DNA of 64,000 bases, from the NCBI RefSeq assembly GCF_009914755.1, contig NC_060934.1. One strand, 5' to 3'. A program made the translations under genes and the position numbers. A model generated the notes under the pieces. That model was not told the DNA's origin and did no database searches. It saw nothing but the letters and a program-made list of their open reading frames with translations. This DNA is from the human T2T-CHM13v2.0 reference genome, Homo sapiens. Below are positions 52,944 through 64,000 of this stretch, one piece after another (position 1 is the stretch's first letter; each line of letters begins with the position of its first letter).

Positions 52944-55900
52944 TCAGAGTTTCATAATAAAAAAATTAAAATATCCAAGACACAATAAAAAATTACTTGC
53001 CATAAGAGTAACCAGGAAAATCTCAACTTGCATGGAAAAAGACAATCAGCAGATGCCAATGCCTAGATGACACAGATGTTGGAATAATCTGACAAAAACC
53101 TTAAAGCAACTACTATTTCCCGATAACTAAGAAAGAACACATTTGTAAAGAAGTAAAAGACGGGATGCATAATTTAAAAATCAAAATTTTAAAAATCAAA
53201 TGGAAATACTACAATTAAAAAATACAATAACTAAAACATTCACTGAATGGGCTCAACAGCAGAGCAAAGATGATGGAGGGAAGAGTCAATGAACTTGAAG
53301 CTAGGTCAATATAAATTGTGCAATTTGAACAACAGAGAGAAAAAAGTATTGAAAAGTTTCACACAGAGCCTCAGGGTCCTCTGATACATCAGAAAAAGAT
53401 TTAGCATTTGCATCATAGGAATCCTAGAAGGAAAGCAGAAATAATATGGTGCAGGAAAAAAAAATTTTTTTGAGGAAACAATAAGTGAAAACTTCTTTAA
53501 CTTCCCCAGAGACAAACCTAGCAGTTGAAGAATCTCAATGAACTCCAACAGGATAAACCCAAAAGAATAATGCCTAGACACATTGTAAGCAAACAACAGA
53601 AAACTAAAGACAAAGAGAAAATCTAGAAGGCAATCGGAGAAAAATGACTCATTACTTATAGGTAACCACAATTCAAATGACTATGGATTTCTCATCAGAA
53701 ACAATGGAGGCAAGAAGAAAGTAGAACAACACTTTTAAAATGTTGAACCCTGAATTCTATATCCACCAAAATGTCCCTAAGTAATGAAAGTGAAATAAAG
53801 ATATTTTCAGATGACAGAAAACAGTGTTTGTTGCCAGAGCATGGCTCTGAAGGAACTGCTAACATAAGTTGGACAAACAGAACAGGAATGATACTAAAAG
53901 GAAGGAAACAAAGAGAAAACAACAACATTAATAAATATTAGAATAATATAATAGACTATACTTCTCTTGAATTCTTTAAAATAGATAAAAGCAAAAATTA
54001 TAACATTGTCTGATATAGTTTGCAACAGCTGTAATACATAATACAACTATAACATAAAATGGGGAGGGTAAAGAAACCTATAGTTTGGTAAGGGTTCTAC
54101 ATTTCACTTAAAGAGGCAAATCATGGAATCCAAGTAGACTTAAAAAGTTAAGTATGTACATTACAAACCCATGAGCAATCAATTTTTTAAAAACTATATA
54201 AAGAAGTATAAGAAATACCACAGACCAAAAAAAATTCTGAAAATGTTCAAAATGATTCAAAAGAAGAAAGAAGAGAGTTCAAAGTTTTTGAAAAATTAGT
54301 CTAATTTTCAAAACTGAAACAGGAAACAAACAGAAAGCAAATAAAATATTAGGCCTAAATCCAAACATATAAATAATAATATTATAGATAAATTGTCTAA
54401 TGCAACCAATTAAGAAAGAGAGATTCAAAGAATCGATTTTTAAAAAATCACCCGACTATAAACTGTCTATAAGAAGATCACTTAAGTTTTAAAGATAGGT
54501 TTGGTTCAAACAAAAAAGAGGAGAAAAGATATACTTTTTTCCATGAAAACACCAATCAAAAAAGAAAGCTTGAGTGGCTATATTAATATCAGATAAAGTA
54601 GACTTCAGAACAAAGAAAATTACAAGGATATAGGGATAATATATAATGATAAAAAGGTCAATTCACCAAGAAAACGTAACAATCTAAAGTATATGCACTT
54701 AACAGACTTTCAAACACACACAAAGCAAAACCTGACGGAACTAAAGTAGACAAATCCACAGTTATAATTGGAGACTTCAGCATCCTTCTCGTAGTAAGAT
54801 GCAGAACTAGCAGACAGGAAATCAGCAAGGGTATAGAAGAAATGAACAACACCATTAGCCGACTAGTAATAATTGACATTTATAGAACACTCTGCCCAAC
54901 AATAGCAGAATATACATTCTTTTTAAGCTCACCTGGAACATTCACCAAGACAGATTACATTCTGGGCCATAAAATGCACCTTAACAAATTTAAAAGAATT
55001 GAAATCATGCCAAGTAGGTTCTTAACCATAATGGAATCAGACTACAAATCAATAATAGAAAGATAAGAGGAATATCTTCAAATACTTGGAAATTAGGCAA
55101 CACACTTCTAAATAATTCATGGATCAAAGAAGTTTCATGTGAAATTAGAAAATATTGTTAACTGAACAAAAATGAAAACACAACATATCAAAATTTGTGG
55201 AATGCAGCTAAAGCAGGGACCAGGAAGAAATATATAGCACAAAATGTTTACACCAAAAAAGAAGAGTCTCAAATCCAAAATCTAAGCTTCATCTTAAGAA
55301 GAAACTAGAGAAGAGGAGCACAGTAAATCTAAAGCAAGCAGAAAGGAAACAAACAAACAAAAAATACAGGAAATAATAAAACCAAAGCCGATTATTTAAC
55401 AAAGATCAGCAAACTTTATATCTAGTAAGAGTGACAAATAAGAGAGAAGACACAAATAACAAAATCAAGAATGAAAGAGTGGTTATCACTGCCCACATTA
55501 AAAGGACAATAATGGGATACTATGAATAACTCTACATACATAAATTGAAAAACTCAGATAAATTAGACCAATTTTTCAAAAACTTTGAATTGTCACAACT
55601 CACCCAAGATTAACTATTTAACCTGAATAGTCCTATAACCATTGAAGACATTGAATTTGTATTTAAAAACTTTCAGAAAAGAAAAAAATCTAGGCCCAAA
55701 CCTAGTAGTATTTCACTGCCAAATACTACTAAATATTTAAAGAAAAAAAAATCACCAATTCTACACAATTTCTCCCAGAAAACAGAAGGAAGGGAAAGAT
55801 TTCCAACTCATTTTATAAAGCCAACATTACCTGACACTAAAATCAAAGACAGTCTAAGAAACGTACAAACTAATATACACCAAAAAACAAACACACACAA

Positions 55901-56754
55901 ATTCTTCATAAAAATATTAACAAACCAAATCCACCAACATGTATAAGAAATAATCACACTAACTAGGGTCTCTCCCAGGAATGTATGGTGGCTGGTTCAA
56001 TATTGTATAATCATTCAATGTAATTTACCATATTAACAGTCTAAAGAAGAAAAACTACATGATCCTATACATTGATGCAGGAAAGCATTTAGCAAAATTC
56101 AACCTCCATTCATGATTGAAAAAAATAAAACTCTCACCAAAATAGAAATGGGAAGGAACTCCCTCAACCTCAAAAGAAAGGTATCTACAAAACATCTATA
56201 GTTCATATCATACTTAATGGTGAAAGAAATGAATGTTTTCCCTTGAAGACAGGTGACAAAGAAAAGATGTCTACTCCCACTCCCTCTATTCAATATTCTG
56301 CAAGAAGTGCTAGCCGGTACAATATGATTGCCAGGTACAAGGTCAATACAGAAACATAATGTATATTTCTACATACCACCAATGAACAATTGGAACCCAA
56401 TTTTTTTAAGATGTCATTTATAATAGCTCCAAAAATGTAAAACTTACATATAAATCTAACAAAACATGTACAGAATCTTGATGCTGAAAACTATAAAACA
56501 CTGGGTAAAACAAGTTAAAGATGACCTAAATAAATGAAGAGACCAAATTGATGGACTGGAAGATACGACATAGTAAAGATGTCAGTGCTCCCCCAAATTG
56601 GTCTATAGGTTTAATACAATTCCAATCAAAACACAGGAGGAATTTTTTTTAGGTATAGGCAAGCTGATTTTAAAGTATATATGGAAAGACAAGGACACTA
56701 GAATAGCCAAAGCAATTTTGAAAAAGAATACATTTGGAGGACTCAAACTTTGTA

Positions 56755-57544
56755 ATGCCCATTTTAAGCAACAGAAGATTGTTCCTAGACCTTGAAGCTC
56801 AATGGAGTTTGCCATATTGGAATCTGAAGTTGTTTGGTTCCGGTACCTCCTTTCATCCTTCCATATTCTCCCTTTTGGAATGGCACTGTCTATAGCCATT
56901 ATCCTATGGCTGTCCTGCCATTGCATTTGGGGTGCAGAGTACTTGTTTTCTAGTTTCACAGATCCAAAAATGGAGAAGAATTTTGTCCCAGGATTGATCA
57001 CACCCAAAGTCTCACCCATAACTGATTAGATGATGACATTGGGACATGTGAGTTGCTGATCTTCAGCTCTGATTTTGGACTTGAATTGTTTTGCAGGGTT
57101 GAGACTTTTGGGGATGGGGGAATGAGGTGAATGTATTTTGCATGTGGGATGAATGTAGATTTTTGCAGAAGTGATTAACGATCTTGTGATAGGAAGGTTA
57201 TCTAAGTGGGCTCTAAATGTAATCTCTATTGTCTTTTTAGAGGAGGTTTGGCTAAAGAAGAAGAAATAGGAGATGTGACAATGGAAGCACAATGTTGGAG
57301 TGATGCGATGACAGGGACAAGAGCCAAGGAATGTGGTCAGCCTCCAGAAGCTAGAAAATGCAAGGAAACAGATTCTCCTCTAGAGCCCCCAGAAGGAACC
57401 AGCCCCGCCACCATGTTGACTCTAACTCCACTGAAACTCAGTTTCCAAGTTTTGGCCTCCAGAAAAGGAAGGAAAAAAACTTGTGATATTTACAGCAACT
57501 AGGTTTGTAGTAATTTATTGCAGTAGCCATAGGAAACTAATACA
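56755..57544 (+). mobile_element. MaLR: MLT1 internal fragment plus MLT1(D-like) LTR
   Basis: gagccaaggaatgtgg...gcaaggaaacagattctcctctagagcc...taggaaactaataca terminus at 57544. Confidence 0.85.
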
Positions 57545-59589
57545 TAGAGTTTCATTTATCTTGGGTAGATATCTAGGAGTGGTATTTCTGAGTCATATGG
57601 TAACTCAATGTTTAACCTTTTAAGAAAAACTCCAAATATTTCAACTTAAAAACTTCTTTCCAGGAAAGAAAGTTTAAGTTAAGAAAATGAAAACACAAGC
57701 TACAGATTAGGGGCAAATATTTACAAATTGTATATCCAACGAGATCCAAAATATATAAAGAATTCTTAAACAGTAAAAAACAAATTCAAAGAAACAACTC
57801 AATTAAAATGGACCCAGCACTTCACCAAAAAGCATATACAGATGACAAATAACCACTGGGAAGGTGTTCAACATCAGTAGGGAAATACACGTGAAAACCA
57901 CAATGAGATACCACACTGCCCACCTACTAGACTGTTTAAAATAAAAAGTATTGACAATGCCAAGTGATGATAAGGATGCGGAGCTACAGAAACTCCTGCA
58001 TTGCTTGCTGATGGGAATGATAAATGGTACAGTCCTTCTGGAAAACACTTTGGCAGTTTCTTTTAAAGTTAAATATAAACTTACCCTATAATCCAGCAAT
58101 CCTAATTCGAGATACTTACCCTAGAGAAATTAAAACTTATATCCACACAAACTTCCATGTAAATGTTTATATCGACTGTATTCATGATCGCCCCAACTGG
58201 AGGAAAACTAAATGGTGTCCAATGGATGAATGGATAAACAAACTGGTACCTGCATATAAGATGTCCTACTATTCATCAACAGAAAGGATGGAATACTGAT
58301 ACATGCAACAACCTGGATGGATGTCAAGGGAACTATGCTAAATGAAAAAAGCCAATCTCAAAAGGTTACATGCTCCATGATGCCTTTACATGACAGACTT
58401 GAAAAGACAAAACTGTAATGACAGAGAATAGATCAGTGGTTGCCAGGGCCTAGGAGTGACAGGAGGGTGTGACTGTACAGCATGAGGGAATTTGGGGGTA
58501 TGGAAACTATCCTGTATCCTGATTGTGGTGGTGGTTGCATGACTACACATACACAAAATCAACTTTACTGTATGTTAATTTAAAAAATAAAATGAAAAAC
58601 ACTTCTGGAAAACTATAATCATTTCCAAATCTTACTGGAATCATGTACCTTCAGCATTTTCCTATAATGCAAATGGATTACTCTGCTAATAACCTTGAGG
58701 ACTTATCAATCCAAAGCCCCAACACCTCCACTCGAATTGCTTGAGTTACTTGAATATTTTTGTTATGATCAGAAGGTGTCTGTAAACATTAGGATTAACT
58801 ATATTTTTTTCTCCAAGATACTTTTCTTTCTTCATCTTATTAGCACTACCTAACCCGTCCGGATCTCACTCCCCTTTACAGACACATTTCACACATGGGA
58901 AGTCTATCATACTGCACTGTAACCTACTGCTTCCTTCTTTCAAATGGTTGAGACTAAACTTTATAGCTTTCTTACATGTCCCTCAACAAACCAGTCATCA
59001 TCTCCCTTCTGTACTCAGTTGCGTCCCTTGGCTTGAGCAATACATCCTCCCACTACAAGGCATTATGGTCTAGACAAGACAGCACTTGCCTGGGTCTTTT
59101 CCAGACTAAGCTACCACCAAGGGAATGGGGCAGACATATGTATCTCCTACCTTGGAAAAGAGCTTAATTTTTATAGTTTTTCATGGTTGAGGGGAAACCT
59201 AGGATAAGCTCATTTTACAAATGTTGCAAAGTGGTTTCTATTCTTAGAAGCTATTGATTTGAATATAAAACAAAGCAGTGTTTACATTCAAGACATTTCT
59301 CTTGGAGAAGCAATGTGTAACAGTGGGGAAAGCGCTGAGCTGAGAAGCCAATGATGTTGTAGCGTTCTGGCCCTAGCTCTACCATTCCCCAACCAGCCAT
59401 GCAACCAGAAGTCATCTTCCGATTTCCTCCTCCCAAAGAGCTATGGTGATGGGTCCTGTGGCTTACTATTCTACAACTGAAGAAAGGTCAGAGACATTAG
59501 GTTCTTTGCATTTGGCATGTTTTCCATATGTATCTGGTTTCCTTGTGTATCTGGTCAAATAAAGAATTTAAGTGAAAATGTATATCTCA

Positions 59590-59912
59590 GCCAGGCACGG
59601 TGGCTCATGCTGTAATCCCAGCACTTTGGGAGGCTGAGGTGGGCACATCACTTGAGGTCAGGAGTTTGAGACCAGCCTGGGCAACATGGTGAAACCCCGT
59701 CTCTACTAAAAATACAAAAATTAGCCGGGTGTGGTGGCTCGTGCCTGCAGTCCCAGCTACTTGGGAGACTGAGGCAGCAGAATCACTTGAACCTGGGGGC
59801 TGCAGCGGCTGGGTTGCTGGGGGAGAGGTGGGCGGAGGTTGCAGTGAGCCGAGACTGCACCACCGCACTCCAGCCTGGGTGAGACAGCGAAATCTCCGTC
59901 TCAAAAAAAAAA
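59590..59912 (+). mobile_element. Alu (AluS-like) with a ~33-bp G-rich insertion in the right arm
   Basis: gccaggcacggtggctcatgc to A tail; insertion between gaacctggg and ggcggaggttgcagtgagcc. Confidence 0.95.
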
Positions 59913-62279
59913 GGTATATCACGTAAACTGAAAAGTGCTGTGCAAACGTAAAGTATTACTATAATTCCAAAGTTCTTAACAGAATACCCACGGTATCAAA
60001 TCAATGGTGCTTCCTTGTTTTGCACCCCTAGATGTGTAGAATAGTTGCCTCAAAGTTCCAAATTCCTCATCATTGTTCTGGACACAGATTCACACTTAAA
60101 ATCACCTTAGGGCAACGACAACCAATAGACTTAAGGAAATCTGATATTTTATTCCTTATGGCTTACATAGGACTTTGCGATTTTCATGTAACAATCACTA
60201 ACAGTGGATGGCACTCAAAAAACCAAAGTCAAAAAGTTGGAAGAGTGGGGAGGCAGAGTAGACCCAGTCTGTGGATACCCAGGTGGACTCAGGAATGCAT
60301 GCAATTAATTAAAGGCCAATTATCTCTGAAAGAGCTCAGACTGATGCTTGGCCAGAGGCTTGTTCAATAAGATGGCTCTTATTTCACATCAGTGACTATA
60401 TCCTGCCAGCCGAGAAGGGCCAGGGTGAGTGTCAGCTTCTACTGGATTTTCGCATTAAGTCCTGACCATTGCCGCTTCTCGGGCTCCATCCTCGCTGGGC
60501 ACCGGACTCTGTGTATATGTTATGTAATCTTTCTGTGCTGCCTTTCTCTTTGTTCAGTCCATGCCAAGACCCATATAAAAGAATCCATATGTGATTACAG
60601 CTATAAAACCAAGAGGAAAATATTAGATGAAAATATAACATTTTGGGGTTTCTAAGTTTGCTTTACCTTTAATGCTAGGCAGACAGTTTACACAAATCAT
60701 TTTGCTGCAAAGTAAAGAATAATGAGTTAAATGTGTTCCCTGTCACCATCAATCATGTACATTTGCTTTTGATTCACCAAACATATAAGACACATGAAAT
60801 GACTTTCTAATCATGTTGGGGGAAGGAGGGAGAAGGGAAGAAGATGGGGAAAGGAGTTTCAACTTCTTTTATTTTATTCAGAAGATCCGTTGACATTTTC
60901 TGGCAATCTATCTTCTAACATGCTGTATGGGCTTCTTTTTGCTAATAATGTTTGCCTTGAGAATTTGTAAAGGTCTGAGAACGCTTTAATTCAATGTTCT
61001 AGAAATTACCAGGGCCATAGGGGAAATGAATCCCTGTTAATAGCTCATGGATTACTTCTCTCTTTATTAGAAATAGTTTTCACAGAAGTTACTCTACTTT
61101 CAGGTGGGCATTAGTGGGCTTGGTCAGACTGAGTGGCACTGCGGGAGGCAGCATCCTGCATGGAAGCCTCTGATCTAATGGGATCTAAGTAGGGTGAAAA
61201 GCGGGTACACAGTGACGTTGACCCAAATAGGATACTGGGGTTTAGCAAATTCATTTCAATTCATGGGTGTTTATTTTGATTTGTGAACTTAAACAACACA
61301 CTGACTGGATTTTCTGGCAGTTGAAGAGCTTTATAACCAAATCTAACCAGCCTCTGCACAATCCTTGCCAAGGATTAAAGAGCTTTGCATTTCATGTTTC
61401 TACATTGAATCAAAGCTCTTTAATTTGGCAAGGGAATCATATACAGTAGCAAAGAAAGAAGTTTTCTGCACCAAAATCACACCAAATTACAAGTCCCCGC
61501 TGGTCCTGGTCCCACCCAGCTGTCTGTAATACAGGCTGGTCAGGCTAGGCTGAGGCCAACCGATGCATTCATTTACTCCACAAACACGTATTGAGTAGCT
61601 ATTATGAGTCAGGCGCTGTTCTAGGCACTGAGGATTCAGCAAGTAGCCCCATCTTCACAGTGCTCACCTTGTCCCAGGGAAAAGAGGCAATAAACACCAA
61701 AGAGTGCCACGGGAAAAAACAAAGCCAAGAGAGTAAATAAGGATGTGGATGTATGGTGTGTGGAGGGGGAGGGGGTGCAGATTCCTAAAATGCAATTCTG
61801 TTTTTTCCACATGGAAACTTCATCCCCCAATGAAGCTGAGAAGAACAGCTGTATACTTCCTAGAGAATATGAAGTGGGACATCTACTCTCTCTAGAGACC
61901 CTCACAAGCCCCAGAGAACTTGTATGAGCTTAGTTACTTTCTTCCTGATTTTCCTGTATTTGCCAGGGAAGTTGTTGAATCATAAAGTATCCCTTTATAA
62001 GAAATATACCATATTCATAGATTGGAGAACTCAGTATTGTGGAGATGTCAATTCTCCCAAGAGAATCCAGAAACAGACCCGATCATGTAGTATCACCTGA
62101 CTTATTTAAAAAAAAACAGGGGGTTCTGGGATATTTGTAATGTACTCTTTGTTAATCTAGGTCCTGGTTACATGAGCACTGAGGGTATAAGTATTTAACA
62201 GGTTGTACATTTATTACATGCACACTTTTATTATATTTCAATAAAAAATTCATTTTTAATCCCTTTTAAAAATGCAGTT

Positions 62280-63120
62280 CTAATGCCTTAGAGGAAAGAC
62301 TCAACTGAGAAATTAATATTAAGCAAAGACAACAAGAGTTGGACAGAGGGGAGCTAAGCAGCTGCTCAGGGAAGGAATATCCAGCCAGAGGGAACAAGAA
62401 GTAAAAATCCCTAGACCAGCCCAAGGGAGTGTGGCTAACATAAGAAGCAGGAGAACACTCAGGACTTAAGCCAATGAGGTTCCAGGGACCTGACTGCTTA
62501 GGACCTGCAGGCCATTGTAGGGACTTTATTCAGATGAGATGGGACCCCATGGAGAGACTTATGCAGAAGAGTGACAGGATCTGATTCATGCTTGAGAAGG
62601 TTGTTCTGGATGCTTTGTTGAAGATAGATTGGAGGTGGGGTGGTAAGGGCAGAGCAGACAGACCAGTTAGGAGGCTGGTGTAATATTCTAGGAGAGACAT
62701 GATGGTGGTTTGGAGCTAGTAGTAGGAGTGCAGGTGGTGAGAAGTGCTCCGATTCTGGGAATATTTTGAAACTTGAACCAAGAGGATTTCCTGCTGTATT
62801 GAATGTGGTGTTTGAGGGCAAATAAATAAATTTTTAAAAATGAGTCAAGGGTGACTCCAGAGTTTTTAGTTTCAGCCATGGGAAGGATGGCATTGCCAAT
62901 AGTAAAATGAGCAAAGAACAGGTTTGTGGACAAAGAAAAGGAATTCGATTGTGGAATGGTAAGTCTGAGAGGAGATGGGGTATTCAAATGTAGGTGTTGA
63001 GCAGCAGTTGAATCGGTGACGCCGGGTTCAGGGGAGAGGTTCTTCATGGAAATATAAATATGGAAGTCATCTATGTATCTAAAAGCAATGAGAATAATTG
63101 AGATTATCAAGGAAGTGAGT
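62280..63120 (+). mobile_element. L2 LINE fragment
   Basis: gcagaagagtgacaggatctgatt; gaccagttaggaggctg; gagtcaagggtgactccagagttttt. Confidence 0.85.
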
Positions 63121-63487
63121 ATAATTGTATTGGGAGCTGCTCTCCACTGGTGAGGAATATGTGCAGAAGTCTGCTGTCATAATGCCATCAGTGGTTAGGG
63201 TGACATTGTCCATGGGTAATAGAGTAAGCAACATCTTGCATCTCCCTATCTAATTTCCACCATGTGGGTTTACTTTGCCAGACAAACTCTCTACTCTGGT
63301 ACCACTAGTTGTTCTTTCCTAAGTAGAGAGCCACCTCAATCCCAGCCTTATCAGTTGCAGCCCTGGCCCCATTTCAGAGCTCTTGTCAACTCCAACCCTG
63401 CCACGCAAGGTTGAGTTCTGCTTCTGGTATGCCTCCTTCAACCTGGTTAGCAGAGCTTACACCCACCAGACAATAAGAATTGCTTGC

Positions 63488-64000
63488 TGTGATGATTAAT
63501 GTTAACTTGACTGGGTCACAGTGTACCCAGATATTTGGCTAAACATTATTCTGGGTGTGTCTTTGAGGGTGGAGGGTGTTTCTGCATGAGATTAACATTT
63601 GAATTTGTGGAGTGAGTAAAGCAGATTGCTCCCCCAACAACCCTCAACCCAACCCATGTGGGTGGGCTTCATCTAACCCACTGAAGGCCTGAATAGAATA
63701 AAAAGGAGGAGTAAGGGAGAATTTCCTCCCTCTGCCTGATGGTCAGTCTTAAGCTGGGACATCAGTCTCCTCCTGCCTTCAGATCTAGACTTATACCATT
63801 GACTTTGCTGGTTCTCAGATTTTCAGACTCAGACAGAGACTATACCATCTTCTTTCCTGGGTCTCCAGTTTATAGAGCTTGGGATTTCCCAGCCACTATA
63901 ACCCTGTGGGCCAATTCTTTATAATCAACATCTCTCTCTCTCTCTCTCACGCATGTGTGTGCACGCACACACAGAGAGACACCATTGCTCTGTTTCTGTA
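63488..64000 (+). mobile_element. MLT2-type ERVL LTR running off the window end, with a (CT)n(CA)n tract
   Basis: tgtgatgattaat...cccagatatttggctaaacattattctgggtgtgtct...gagattaacatttgaat. Confidence 0.85.

Noticed and set aside
53306-58299. L1 ORF1/ORF2-like peptides as an active retrotransposon or domesticated gene
   Set aside because: Fragmented by many stops, frameshifts and nested insertions.

Overview
Primate, very probably human, genomic DNA that lies entirely inside KCNMA1 (BK/Slo1 channel alpha subunit), transcribed on the minus strand. The ORF track misses most of the gene because its exons are short. By hand I found four constitutive coding exons encoding the C-terminal half of RCK1 and the start of the RCK1-RCK2 linker: 36386-36277 (IEEDTWQ...PTVC), 24640-24572 (LCFVK...NRESR), 15848-15762 (ILINPG...EVKR) and 8791-8715 (AFFYCKACH...CGCKR). 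These are about exons 15-18 in common human numbering, recalled from memory. Two known alternative microexons are also present: SRKR (12 nt, 22204-22193) and IYF (9 nt, 4941-4933). STREX and the preceding exon are not in the window. The rest is intron with ten Alu/FLAM copies, a ~7 kb decayed L1 interrupted by MaLR and Alu, MLT2 LTRs, L2/MIR, hAT fossils and microsatellites. There is no prokaryotic-type system (no CRISPR array, operon, rRNA or tRNA). The best leads concern splicing. (1) A well-formed in-frame 39-nt candidate cassette exon just before the heme-binding CKACH exon. (2) A 38-codon open extension of the SRKR microexon with a good downstream poly(A) signal, a possible gating-ring-truncating terminal exon. 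(3) AG|GTAAG recursive-splice-like sites. (4) A perfect 54-bp palindrome and QKI/RBFOX/SRRM4-type motifs around the microexons. Repeat subfamily names and boundaries were called by eye and are approximate.
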